DNA of 32,000 nucleotides from Raphidiopsis brookii D9. GTDB lineage: Bacteria; Cyanobacteriota; Cyanobacteriia; Cyanobacteriales; Nostocaceae. The position numbers and the translations under genes are program-made. The stretch's first letter is position 1. Every line of letters starts with the position of its first letter. Under the pieces are notes generated by a model that saw only the letters and a list, made by a program, of their open reading frames with translations, was not told where the DNA came from and did not search any database. Below are positions 17,900-27,765 of this stretch, in pieces. The DNA is taken from assembly GCA_000175855.1 (NCBI GenBank), contig ACYB01000029.1, forward strand, positions 1 to 32,000, given 5' to 3'.

Positions 17900-18712
17900 A
17901 TGAAGTCTTATTTAGCCGCCGCCATTCAAATGACCAGTGTGCCTGATTTACAAACAAACTTGGCACAAGCAGAAGAGTTTATTGATCTGGCCGTGCGCCA
18001 GGGTGTAGAATTATTGGGGTTACCAGAAAATTTCTCCTTTATGGGGGAGGAAAAAGATAAACTTGCTCAAGCCAGTATTATTGCTCAAAAAACCGAAGCG
18101 TTTCTGAAGCAAATGGCACAACGGTATCAAATTACCATTCTGGGCGGCGGCTTCCCCGTTCCCGTAGATAGTACAAGCAAAGTTTACAACACAGCTTTGC
18201 TGGTTGATCCCAATGGACAGGAAATCAGTCGTTACCATAAGGTACATCTATTTGATGTGAATGTTCCCGATGGTAATACTTATCAAGAATCTAGTACTGT
18301 TATGGCCGGTCAAGAATTACCACCAGTGTATGTTTCACCAACTTTGGGTAAGATAGGTCTCTCTATTTGTTATGATGTCCGCTTTCCAGAATTATATCGA
18401 GATCTGGCAGCGAGGGAAGCTGATGTAGTTTTTATTCCTGCTGCTTTCACGGCTTTTACGGGAAAAGACCACTGGCAAGTGTTATTACAGGCCAGAGCGA
18501 TTGAAAACACTTATTACATAATCGCCCCAGCTCAAACAGGTACTAATTATGCCCGTCGTCAAACCCATGGACATGCCATGATTGTTGACCCATGGGGAAC
18601 AATTTTAGCTGATGCAGGAGATAAACCGGGGGTCGCTATTGCCGAAATTAAACCTACTAGACTGGAACAGGTGCGTCGTCAAATGCCTTCTTTACAACAC
18701 CGAGTTTTTTAA
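17900..18712 (+). CDS. Carbon-nitrogen hydrolase (nitrilase superfamily, deaminated-glutathione-amidase-like)
   Basis: LGLPENFSFMGEE, YHKVHLFDV, GLSICYDVRFPELYRDLAAREADVVFIPAAFT: Glu-Lys-Cys triad contexts. Confidence 0.93.
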   Translation: MKSYLAAAIQMTSVPDLQTNLAQAEEFIDLAVRQGVELLGLPENFSFMGEEKDKLAQASIIAQKTEAFLKQMAQRYQITILGGGFPVPVDSTSKVYNTALLVDPNGQEISRYHKVHLFDVNVPDGNTYQESSTVMAGQELPPVYVSPTLGKIGLSICYDVRFPELYRDLAAREADVVFIPAAFTAFTGKDHWQVLLQARAIENTYYIIAPAQTGTNYARRQTHGHAMIVDPWGTILADAGDKPGVAIAEIKPTRLEQVRRQMPSLQHRVF

Positions 18713-18811
18713 GCAGGAATTTAGAAACCTACCAGGAAGAAACCGGGATTAACACCCCGGTTTGGTCGAGTTGGGGTCTAGGTGTAACCTATCTCCAATA
18801 AGCTTGTTTAA

Positions 18812-19885
18812 TTAAACTGCAGCAGCAGCTTTCACAGCTAATTCCCCTTTAGCGTACTTAGCAGCAAAATCTTCTAGGCTAACTTGTTTGATTTTGCTTG
18901 CATTACCAGCAGTGCCAAACTGTTCATAACGGTCAGAACAAACCTTCTGCATGTACTTAATAGAAGGCTTTAAGAAATGACGGGGGTCAAATTCTTTGGG
19001 ATTTTTAGCCAGAGCTTCACGAACAGCAGCAGTAATAGCCAGACGGTTGTCGGTATCGATATTAACTTTACGTACGCCGCTCTTGATGCCTTTTTGAATT
19101 TCTTCTACGGGTACACCATAGGTTTCGGGAATTGCACCACCAAATTCGTTAATCAGTGCAATTAAATCCTCTGGTACGGAAGAAGATCCGTGCATTACCA
19201 AGTGGGTGTTAGGTAGGCGACGGTGAATTTCTTCAATGCGACTAATGGCTAAAATTTCACCAGTGGGCTTACGGGTGAATTTATAAGCACCATGGCTAGT
19301 ACCAATAGCAACAGCTAAAGCATCTACTTGGGTAGCTTCTACGAAGTCCACAGCTTGATCCGGGTCGGTTAATAATTGGGAGTGGTCAAGGGTACCTTCA
19401 AAACCGTGACCATCTTCTGCTTCACCAGCACCGGTTTCTAAAGATCCTAAACAACCTAGTTCACCTTCAACGCTGACACCTAAAGAATGGGCAACGTTAA
19501 CAACTTCACGGGTAACTGCGACGTTGTACTCAAAGCTGGCAGGAGTTTTTGCATCAGCTTCTAAGGAACCATCCATCATTACACTGGTGAAATTGTTCTT
19601 GATGGCAGAATAGCAAGTAGAAGGAGCATTACCGTGATCTTGGTGCATCACAATGGGAATTTGTGGGTATGTTTCTACTGCAGCCAAAATCAAGTGGCGT
19701 AAGAAATTTTCGCCAGCATAGTTACGAGCACCACGAGAGGCTTGTAAAATCACGGGGCTATCTGTTTCAGCAGCCGCCTTCATGATTGATTGAATCTGTT
19801 CTAAGTTGTTAACGTTAAAAGCGGGAATGCCATAACCATTTTCAGCAGCGTGATCTAAAAGCAACCGCATAGGTACAAGCGCCAT
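18812..19885 (-). CDS. fba: Class II fructose-1,6-bisphosphate aldolase
   Basis: [38 protein letters not shown]...[10 protein letters not shown]...[14 protein letters not shown]...[13 protein letters not shown]. Confidence 0.97.
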   Translation of the reverse strand: MALVPMRLLLDHAAENGYGIPAFNVNNLEQIQSIMKAAAETDSPVILQASRGARNYAGENFLRHLILAAVETYPQIPIVMHQDHGNAPSTCYSAIKNNFTSVMMDGSLEADAKTPASFEYNVAVTREVVNVAHSLGVSVEGELGCLGSLETGAGEAEDGHGFEGTLDHSQLLTDPDQAVDFVEATQVDALAVAIGTSHGAYKFTRKPTGEILAISRIEEIHRRLPNTHLVMHGSSSVPEDLIALINEFGGAIPETYGVPVEEIQKGIKSGVRKVNIDTDNRLAITAAVREALAKNPKEFDPRHFLKPSIKYMQKVCSDRYEQFGTAGNASKIKQVSLEDFAAKYAKGELAVKAAAAV

Positions 19886-20170
19886 AGATAATCCTCCTAA
19901 TGTGTTTTTCAGCTGGGTAGTTTCAGACGGGCGTAAGGTTTACGCTAAATAGGAATTAGTTTTTTCAACTTATTAGGAAATTATATCTAGTATGGGGTGT
20001 TTATGTTGAAAAACTTTGCGCCCCACTACCTGTTATTCTGTTATTTTTCAGTGTATCTTGTGTTTTATATTTACTGTTGTTACTCCTAATACTGTCAATG
20101 GCAGTTATTTCAGTATCCAAAAATACAAAAATCTGGTTTTTGGGATGTAGATTGCTCTTTTTGCAGCAAA

Positions 20171-21925
20171 CTAACTCTGACTAAATTGTTGCGCATAAAA
20201 ATGTGCATATTTACCTTCTAGGGACAATAATTGTTCATGGTTCCCTGATTCCACAATTTGCCCTTTTTCTAGGACTAAAATGCGATCGCATTTTCTTACT
20301 GTTGACAATCTATGAGCAATAATTAATACAGTACGATTTTGCATCAATCTTTCTAAAGCTTGCTGTACGAGAGCTTCGGACTCGGAATCTAAAGCCGAGG
20401 TTGCCTCATCAAGTATCAAAATTTTTGGGTCCAATAGCACTGCACGGGCGATGGCAATTCTTTGTCGTTGTCCCCCGGATAGGTTGACACCACGTTCACC
20501 CACCCAAGTTTGATAACCTGCTGGTAATTGCATAATAAAGTCATGGGCATTAGCCACCTGGGCGGCTGCTTCTACTGCTTTTTGGTCAAAGTTGTCTTGT
20601 CCAAAAGCAATGTTTTGAGCTATAGTTCCTGAAAACATAATTGTTTCTTGCGGAACAATACCAATTTGCTTTCTTAAACTATTTAATGTCACATCACGAA
20701 TGTTGACATCATCTATAAAGATATTACCTGGGTTAGGATCGTAAAATCTGGGGAGTAAATTGACGAAAGTGGTTTTACCAGCACCAGAAGCACCGACTAA
20801 GGCAATGGCCTCCCCAGGACTAAGGAACAGATTAATCCGGTTTAATACCAGCTCGCCTGGTTTATAAGCAAAACTGACATCACGATATTCAATCTTACCA
20901 TTAATGTTAGGAAGAGTCATAGCAATGGGATTTTCTATGACTGTTGGTTTAATTAATAAGAGTTCAAATACCCGCTCTAAAGAAGCTTCACCCTGTTTGA
21001 ATTCATTATAGTTATGGGTAGTATGACCAATAGGATCAATTAGTAAAGCTGCTGCTGCTAAATAACTAAAAAACTCACCCACAGTCAGATTACCCTGGGA
21101 AATTTGCCATGCTCCCACCATGATTAGAGATAAAGCACTCAGAGCTTCTAGAAATCCCACAATGGGAATTTGAATGGCCTTTAGTCTTTCTGCGGAATAT
21201 TTGGCCTTGAGGGTTCTTTGAGCTTCGCGAGTGAATCTGGCAATTTCATACTTTTCTGCTGCAAAGGCTTGAATTAAGCGAATACCACTAAAAACCTCTG
21301 TTAAAATGGCAGATAGGTCAGAAATGCGACTTTGACTTTTGAGAGCATATTTACGTAAACGCTCCCCAAACCAACCAATTAAAACCCCCATAACTGGTGC
21401 TATTATCACCGTAGCTAAAGTCAACTGCCAATTTAAATAAATCATGTAGATGGGAATAGCAATCAGTTGTAAAACACAGGGGATAAAATCATGAAACAAC
21501 TTATTCACAACCTCACCTACCCTATCTACATCTTCTGTTAAGCGATAAGACAAATCCCCAGCTTTTGCTGTTTCAAAATAACTTAAATTCAGTTTTTGTA
21601 AGTGTGTGTAGACATTTTGTCTAAGATGAAAGGCTACTCTCAAAGCAGCCTTGGACATATATAAGTCTTGAATAGACTGAAAAAAGCCCCGGATAAGAAA
21701 TACCAAAGCACATACACCCGTTAACTGGGCGATCGCCACCACATTACCCTCTCCAAAAGGTAGAGCCAACTTACCAGCTAAATGAATCAAGGTTAAAGTG
21801 GCGAAAACGTACCCTATAATGCCAATAAATCCTCTAGAGATAGTTGGCCACTGTTGCTGGAGATAGGGTAGAAGTAAACGATATTGGGAAAGTTCTTGGG
21901 TCATGTTTGGTAAGTCAAAGGTCAA
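20171..21925 (-). CDS. ABC transporter, fused permease/ATP-binding (MsbA/HlyB type)
   Basis: N-terminal TM exporter domain followed by VGASGAGKTTFVNLLPRFYDP...VNLSGGQRQRIAIARAVLLDPKILILDEATSALDSESE. Confidence 0.95.
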   Translation of the reverse strand: MTFDLPNMTQELSQYRLLLPYLQQQWPTISRGFIGIIGYVFATLTLIHLAGKLALPFGEGNVVAIAQLTGVCALVFLIRGFFQSIQDLYMSKAALRVAFHLRQNVYTHLQKLNLSYFETAKAGDLSYRLTEDVDRVGEVVNKLFHDFIPCVLQLIAIPIYMIYLNWQLTLATVIIAPVMGVLIGWFGERLRKYALKSQSRISDLSAILTEVFSGIRLIQAFAAEKYEIARFTREAQRTLKAKYSAERLKAIQIPIVGFLEALSALSLIMVGAWQISQGNLTVGEFFSYLAAAALLIDPIGHTTHNYNEFKQGEASLERVFELLLIKPTVIENPIAMTLPNINGKIEYRDVSFAYKPGELVLNRINLFLSPGEAIALVGASGAGKTTFVNLLPRFYDPNPGNIFIDDVNIRDVTLNSLRKQIGIVPQETIMFSGTIAQNIAFGQDNFDQKAVEAAAQVANAHDFIMQLPAGYQTWVGERGVNLSGGQRQRIAIARAVLLDPKILILDEATSALDSESEALVQQALERLMQNRTVLIIAHRLSTVRKCDRILVLEKGQIVESGNHEQLLSLEGKYAHFYAQQFSQS

Positions 21926-21940
21926 CCATTAATCATCAAA

Positions 21941-22723
21941 ATGCAAAGATATCTAAAAGTCATCAGATTATTTTGGAGTGCAGCTATTGCTGCTGAAATG
22001 GAATATCGTTTAAATTTCATCATAGCCGCCCTCAGTAGCTTGGGGAATCTTTTGGGGGGGATTTTTGGGTTGTTTTTATTTTATCGTACGGGTTACACCT
22101 TTAGCGGATGGTCATGGGATTCAGCCTTGGTTGTTTTGGGGGTTTTTACTCTCTTGCAGGGTTTCTGGGCTACCTTTTTAGCTCCTAACTTAAACCGGAT
22201 TGTGCGTCATGTGCAAGAAGGTACATTAGATTTTGTTTTATTAAAACCCATCCGTAGTCAGTTTTGGTTGTCAACCCATATTCTTTCCCTCTGGGGACTA
22301 CCGGATCTACTATTTGGTTTGATCATCATTGGTTATGCGGGTAAAAATCTGGGTTTGGGACTAGATGACTATTTTTGGGGTATATTACCTCTCGGTTGTA
22401 GTCTAGTCATTCTCTATAGTTTATGGTTCATGTTAGGATCAACCAGCATTTGGTTTACAAAGGTTTATAATACCACGGAGGTGTTACGGGGACTACTGGA
22501 GGCGGGTAGATATCCCATGTCCGCATATCCCATGGGCTATCGAGTTTTTTTTACTTTTGTAGTTCCAGTATCTTTTCTGACTACCGTTCCCGCTCAAGCC
22601 ATGTTAGGTCAAATCCAGGTCAGTTGGCTAATAAGTGCTGTTTTTTTGGCCATGTTTTTATTTTTTCTTTCCACTTGGTTTTGGCGATTTGCCCTAAGAT
22701 TCTATACTAGTGCTTCCAGTTAA
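21941..22723 (+). CDS. ABC-2 type transporter permease (DUF990-like)
   Basis: 260-aa multi-TM protein: AAEMEYRLNFIIAALSSLGNLLGGIFGLFLFY...EGTLDFVLLKPIRSQFWLSTH.... Confidence 0.85.
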   Translation: MQRYLKVIRLFWSAAIAAEMEYRLNFIIAALSSLGNLLGGIFGLFLFYRTGYTFSGWSWDSALVVLGVFTLLQGFWATFLAPNLNRIVRHVQEGTLDFVLLKPIRSQFWLSTHILSLWGLPDLLFGLIIIGYAGKNLGLGLDDYFWGILPLGCSLVILYSLWFMLGSTSIWFTKVYNTTEVLRGLLEAGRYPMSAYPMGYRVFFTFVVPVSFLTTVPAQAMLGQIQVSWLISAVFLAMFLFFLSTWFWRFALRFYTSASS

Positions 22724-22820
22724 CAAGGAGTTATTATTAATAACATTAATAGCACCAAAAATATGCGGAGAAACCCCGTGTTTCAATCGGGGAATCAAGA
22801 AAGCTCAATCCCTGGTCAAA

Positions 22821-23564
22821 TCATTCTACCAGTGTCATGTTACTTGCTTCACCAGATGGAGGTACAGCAGGTAACTCCAAACAATAACCTGCACCGTAAA
22901 CCGTCTTAATATAACGAGGACGACGAGGATCAGGTTCAAGTTTAGTTCTGAGATGGCGAATGTGAACGCGAATGGTTTCAATATCATCATCAGGGTCATA
23001 ACCCCAAACTTCTCTCAGGATTTCACTGGGAGAAACAGTCTGACCATGACGTTGAAGTAAACAGTGAAGTAACTCAAATTCCAGATGAGTCAGTTTCACG
23101 GTTTCATGGAACCAGATAGCTTCAAACCTTTCTGGGACTAGAGTCAAGGACCCATAATTGAGAATTTCACTGTGCTTGGCAGCTTGGGGTATACGATCCG
23201 CTCGCCGCAACAAAGCTCTGACTCGGGCTAACATCTCCTCCACTTCAAAAGGTTTTGTTAGATAGTCATCCGCACCGGCGTTGAATCCCTCTACTTTGTA
23301 TTGGGTTTGGTTTAAAGCAGTCAACATTAAGACGGGAATTTCAGCAGTACGCTCATCCCGACGCAGTCTTTGGCAAATGGTAAATCCATCTACTCTTGGC
23401 AACATCAGGTCAAGTAAAATCAAGTCGGGTTGTAGTTGCAGAGCCAGCGCCTGACCTTTAATACCGTCTTCAGCTTGACTAACATCGTAGCCAGCCATTT
23501 CTAAGTTGACGGCAACAAGTTCTGAAATCGCTGGGTCATCGTCTATGACAAGAATCCTGGGCAT
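22821..23564 (-). CDS. rpaA: OmpR-family response regulator, RpaA-like
   Basis: [68 protein letters not shown]...[73 protein letters not shown]. Confidence 0.85.
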   Translation of the reverse strand: MPRILVIDDDPAISELVAVNLEMAGYDVSQAEDGIKGQALALQLQPDLILLDLMLPRVDGFTICQRLRRDERTAEIPVLMLTALNQTQYKVEGFNAGADDYLTKPFEVEEMLARVRALLRRADRIPQAAKHSEILNYGSLTLVPERFEAIWFHETVKLTHLEFELLHCLLQRHGQTVSPSEILREVWGYDPDDDIETIRVHIRHLRTKLEPDPRRPRYIKTVYGAGYCLELPAVPPSGEASNMTLVE

Positions 23565-23788
23565 TATTAAAAAATTATGACTACCTTATATTTAACGATA
23601 AATTAAGAATCTTTGATATATACAAAGATTACTTTTCCGATGGACAAGAACATTTAAAATTGAACATAAGGACTAAAAGGACTTAGGTTCACAATTAAAG
23701 ACATGAAAATAATATCAGTTTACTTACATTTGTAAAATCTAGGTTATAAAATTTTAGGATATTGGAAGAAAACCCCTAGGAACTGGAA

Positions 23789-24517
23789 TTGGTTGTGAAT
23801 CAGTCTATTGTTTGGCAACGGGCACCTGAAAATTTCCAGTTGTGCGCTCAGGAAGTACATATCTGGAAGATTAACCTGAAAGTATCACCATCAGAGGTGG
23901 AACTTTGTCGCAGGATTTTATCTGGTGATGAAATAGCTCGTGCGGAAAGATTTTCTTTTCCGGAACATCAAGAGCGTTTTATTGTTGGTCGTGCCTTTCT
24001 TAGAAAAATACTATCAAGATATTTAAACGTAGAAGCACAAGCAATAGAGTTTGAGTATGAAGAGAGAGGAAAACCACTGTTAGGGTTCAAGTTTAAGTAC
24101 TCTGGAATATGTTTTAATTTATCCCATTCTCAGGAATTAGCTTTATGCGGTGTGACTCATCACAGATCCATTGGAGTAGATTTAGAAGTTGTTCGTCACA
24201 CATCAGATATAGAAAACCTAGCTAATCGCTTTTTTTCAGTTAGAGAATATGGAGTAATTAAATCAGTACCCCCGGAACAACAACAGCAGGTATTTTTCCG
24301 TTATTGGACTTGTAAAGAGGCTTATTTAAAAGCTATTGGAAAAGGTTTGTCTGAGTTATCTCAAATAGAAATAGAATTAACGCCAAATAAATCTGCTAGG
24401 TTGCGTGTATTGGGAGATTGGCAGTTAAAAGAACTAGTACCAGCAGATAATTTTGCAGCAGCAGTTGTTATAGCTAGCCATAATCATTTAGACAGGTTTG
24501 AGTTTTGGGAACCTTAA
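23789..24517 (+). CDS. 4'-phosphopantetheinyl transferase superfamily protein (Sfp/HetI-like)
   Basis: GRAFLRKILSRYL..., GKPLLGFKFKYSGICFNLSHSQELALCGVTHHRSIGVDLEVVR..., FFRYWTCKEAYLKAIGKGL. Confidence 0.94.
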   Translation: MVVNQSIVWQRAPENFQLCAQEVHIWKINLKVSPSEVELCRRILSGDEIARAERFSFPEHQERFIVGRAFLRKILSRYLNVEAQAIEFEYEERGKPLLGFKFKYSGICFNLSHSQELALCGVTHHRSIGVDLEVVRHTSDIENLANRFFSVREYGVIKSVPPEQQQQVFFRYWTCKEAYLKAIGKGLSELSQIEIELTPNKSARLRVLGDWQLKELVPADNFAAAVVIASHNHLDRFEFWEP

Positions 24518-24735
24518 GGAAAGAGGGGAGTTAGGTTTAGAAATGGTAAGGAATTTTTGAACCGATAGAGTGATTGTTGAAGAAAGTATCTGGGGAAAAG
24601 ATTTTCGTTTGTTGTGTGTGAATGGTAAATTAATTATTACCAGACAAAAACAAAATGTTTTTGTTCGACATAAGGGGGTAGTCCAACATTTGATTGTCAG
24701 ATCAGATGTGGAGAATTTCACAATTTATTTTGATG

Positions 24736-25980
24736 TCACTTCACATCTGTTACCCGCCAACTTAATTTTAAATTAAACCAAAAATTCCAAATTGTTGTCA
24801 CCCCAATTGCTATAAGGTTTGCAATATAATGATTGGAAATTAAAAAGTGGACAACAAACTTTAAGATCAATACATTTATTATTAAGCCCACCAAACAAAT
24901 CAAGTTGAATTTATAAAATCTCTTTATCCGCTGTTTCCAACTCCGTTGTCGCATAGAAATATCCCCAAACGTCCATGCATCATTCCACAGGAAATTATTA
25001 AAAATTGCCAGCTCCCCAGCTAGGATTTTGCTACCAACTAGGGGGAAAGCCAAAGCATCACTCAACAAGTAAAGCACAGCCATATCTACAAACACACCAC
25101 TGAGTCCCACTAAACCAAATCGCATAAATCTACTTAAGGGAAAGGTAATTTTCAAGTTAAAGTTTTGACTAATTTTTCCTAATCTTCCCGTAGATAAGCG
25201 TAGGCGTATTAAGTGTCGAATGTATTCTAGATATTGCTTCCAAGTTACTTTACTTTCCCCCTCCTCCCGTTCACAGAATACATAACCAACTTCCCCAATT
25301 TCCTTGATATTTCCCCTTGCAATTACTTCTAAGATAATTTTATAGCCTATGGGATTCATTTCTACTCCAGCGATCGCATTTCGACGTACCATAAAATAAC
25401 CACTCATGGGGTCACTAACTTTACCTAGGATATGTGGTAGGATAACCAACCCTAAAATTTGGGCTCCACGGGATAGAAATCGTCTGATTAGGTTCCAGCT
25501 ACTAACACCACCACCATCCACATGACGACTGGCCACGGCTAAATCAGCACCCCTTTTGATTTGGGATAACAGTTGTAATAGTATCTCTGGAGGGTGCTGT
25601 AAATCCCCATCTATTACTCCCAAAACTTGCCCTTTGGCAGCTTGCCAACCTCTAATTACTGCTGAGGACAAACCTCTTTCCTGTTGACGACGCATCACTC
25701 GCAATTGCGGATATTCTGGAATTAATGATTCTGCTACTTGCCATGTCAAGTCAGGACTATTATCGTCAACTACTATTAGTTCGTAGTTATTGGGAATACT
25801 CTCCTCTAGTATGTTGCTGATTATATTAATCATTTTATGAATGTTTTCTCGCTCTTGATAGGTGGGAATTACCAAGGATAAGAGCACAACATCATCATTA
25901 TTATCCCACCCCAACTCCAAAGCTGGATATTCAGCAATTTTTAAAGGACCCGTGGGGGTACTTAGCTTTGATTTTTCCAC
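24736..25980 (-). CDS. Glycosyltransferase family 2 (dolichol/polyprenyl-phosphate mannose synthase-like) fused to a GtrA-like membrane domain
   Basis: LVIPTYQERENIHKMINIISNIL...LIVVDDNSPDLTWQVAESL...GVIDGDLQHPPE..., then FMRFGLVGLSGVFVDMAVLYLLSD...NNFLWNDAWTFGD.... Confidence 0.94.
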   Translation of the reverse strand: MEKSKLSTPTGPLKIAEYPALELGWDNNDDVVLLSLVIPTYQERENIHKMINIISNILEESIPNNYELIVVDDNSPDLTWQVAESLIPEYPQLRVMRRQQERGLSSAVIRGWQAAKGQVLGVIDGDLQHPPEILLQLLSQIKRGADLAVASRHVDGGGVSSWNLIRRFLSRGAQILGLVILPHILGKVSDPMSGYFMVRRNAIAGVEMNPIGYKIILEVIARGNIKEIGEVGYVFCEREEGESKVTWKQYLEYIRHLIRLRLSTGRLGKISQNFNLKITFPLSRFMRFGLVGLSGVFVDMAVLYLLSDALAFPLVGSKILAGELAIFNNFLWNDAWTFGDISMRQRSWKQRIKRFYKFNLICLVGLIINVLILKFVVHFLISNHYIANLIAIGVTTIWNFWFNLKLSWRVTDVK

Positions 25981-26127
25981 AAGTTACAGCAGTTTTCATG
26001 ACTTTGACGCTGGAACATCATACCGCAAATATATAAGATATAAAATCGGCTTTTAATGTTAAATTAGGTTAACTACCGTTAATTTTTGTTTTCTCGCTTA
26101 TTTACTTATTGACACACTACTAAACCA

Positions 26128-27327
26128 GTGAATAATATAACATTAAATCCTATCAACTCTATTTTAGAGCGATCGCTACTAGGATCAGATATATCACCAT
26201 CAGAAGCAGTAATTTTACTAAAGCAAACTGATCCAGAAACTATAAATACCATTCGGGAAACAGCTGACAAGCTCCGCCAAAAACAAGCAGGAGAGGTGGT
26301 CACCTATGTGATCAATAGGAATATTAACTTTACCAACATTTGTGAACAACATTGTAGTTTTTGCGCATTTCGGAGAGATGACAGTGATGAAGATGCCTAT
26401 TGGCTAGACTGGTCACAAATTTTGGAAAAGTCTGCGGATGCGGTAAGTCGAGGCGCAACGGAAATTTGTATGCAGGGAGGACTAAACCCAAAAGCCCAAA
26501 TCCATGGTAGGTCTCTACCGTATTACATTAAACTAATAGAAACTATTAAACAAAACTTTCCTCAACTACATATACATGCTTTTTCTCCTCAAGAGATACA
26601 ATTTATTGCAAAACTAGACAGTATTTCTTATGAGCGAGTGATTACAGCTTTAAGAGATGCAGGTTTGGGTTCCATACCGGGAACAGCAGCAGAAGTGTTG
26701 GATGATGAGGTCAGAAAAGTATTATGTCCCGAAAAGATTAATACAGCAACATGGCTAGAAATTATCACTACGGCCCACCAATTAGGTTTATGTACTACCA
26801 GCACTATGTTGTCTGGACATATTGAAACTCCAGAACAACAAATTACACATTTAGAAAAACTGCGCCAACTCCAGCAAGCAGCACACAAAAAAGAATATCC
26901 AGGCCAAATTACCGAATTTATTTTACTTCCATTTGTGGGTCAAGACGTACCAAAACCCCTACGTCGTCGAGTTGGTAGAGACCAACCTATTTTAGCTGAT
27001 GCACTCTTACTAACAGCAGTAGCAAGAATATTTTTGGGTAAGTACATACCTAACCATCAACCAAGCTGGGTTAAATTAGGACTGACCGGTGCTGTGGAAG
27101 CTTTAAATTGGGGTTGTAACGATATCGGAGGGACTTTAATGGAAGAACACATTACTACCATGGCTGGTGCAATCGGTGGCACATGTATGGAAGTAGAAAC
27201 CCTACAAAGTGCCATCCTATCTTTAAATAGAACATATAAACAGCGTAATACTCTGTATGTTCGCTTGTCTTCAGGTTTAAACCCCAGGGAGAAGTCAATC
27301 TCTGGATACCAATCCAAGATAGGATGA
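26128..27327 (+). CDS. cofH: CofH-type radical SAM enzyme (F0/F420 biosynthesis subunit)
   Basis: [25 protein letters not shown] (radical SAM CxxxCxxC), [44 protein letters not shown]. Confidence 0.93.
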   Translation: MNNITLNPINSILERSLLGSDISPSEAVILLKQTDPETINTIRETADKLRQKQAGEVVTYVINRNINFTNICEQHCSFCAFRRDDSDEDAYWLDWSQILEKSADAVSRGATEICMQGGLNPKAQIHGRSLPYYIKLIETIKQNFPQLHIHAFSPQEIQFIAKLDSISYERVITALRDAGLGSIPGTAAEVLDDEVRKVLCPEKINTATWLEIITTAHQLGLCTTSTMLSGHIETPEQQITHLEKLRQLQQAAHKKEYPGQITEFILLPFVGQDVPKPLRRRVGRDQPILADALLLTAVARIFLGKYIPNHQPSWVKLGLTGAVEALNWGCNDIGGTLMEEHITTMAGAIGGTCMEVETLQSAILSLNRTYKQRNTLYVRLSSGLNPREKSISGYQSKIG

Positions 27328-27357
27328 AACTTGATTTACCTATTGTTTTTGTTTTAA

Positions 27358-27762
27358 TTGGATATGAAGAGTTATTGGTCGCGTCTGCTGACACTGATTT
27401 TAGTGATTACCATTGGTTTAATGGGTTGTTCCGGTAGTCCCGATAGTTTAACTGGAGATTATCGTCAAGACACTCTAGCAGTTGTTAAAGTGATGAGACA
27501 GGCCGTGGAATTATCACCTGACGACCCTAATAAAGCAGCAATTCAAGCGGAAGTACGTCAAAAAATCAATGACTTTTCTGCCCGTTATCAGCGTTCCAGT
27601 TCAGTTTCTAGTTTAAGCTCCTTTACGACTATGCGAACCGCCCTGAATACCTTGGCAGGTCATTACAGTTCCTACCCCAATCGTCCCCTTCCCCAAAAGC
27701 TAAAAGAACGCTTGGAATTGGAGTTTAACCGTGTTGAGTTGGCACTTAAGCGTGGTTACTAA
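27358..27762 (+). CDS. psb27: Photosystem II assembly lipoprotein Psb27
   Basis: Lipobox-like LMGC after a signal peptide; GDYRQDTLAVVKVMRQAVELSPDDPNKAAIQAEVRQKINDFSARYQR.... Confidence 0.95.
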   Translation: MDMKSYWSRLLTLILVITIGLMGCSGSPDSLTGDYRQDTLAVVKVMRQAVELSPDDPNKAAIQAEVRQKINDFSARYQRSSSVSSLSSFTTMRTALNTLAGHYSSYPNRPLPQKLKERLELEFNRVELALKRGY

Positions 27763-27765
27763 TTA

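Noticed and set aside
22774-22792. CCCCG-tgtttcaat-CGGGG, which superficially resembles a cyanobacterial CRISPR repeat fragment (GTTTCAATC...)
   Set aside because: Single copy with no regularly spaced repeats. More likely a short hairpin downstream of the response regulator gene.
23789-24517. Phosphopantetheinyl transferase as a marker of a secondary-metabolite cluster
   Set aside because: No PKS, NRPS or ACP genes in the window. Such transferases are often encoded away from clusters.
24488-24776. Overlapping ORFs 24570-24776 (+) and 24488-24721 (-)
   Set aside because: Neither has a recognisable family. The plus ORF is slightly more protein-like (GKLIITRQKQNVFVRHKG), but the evidence is insufficient to call it.
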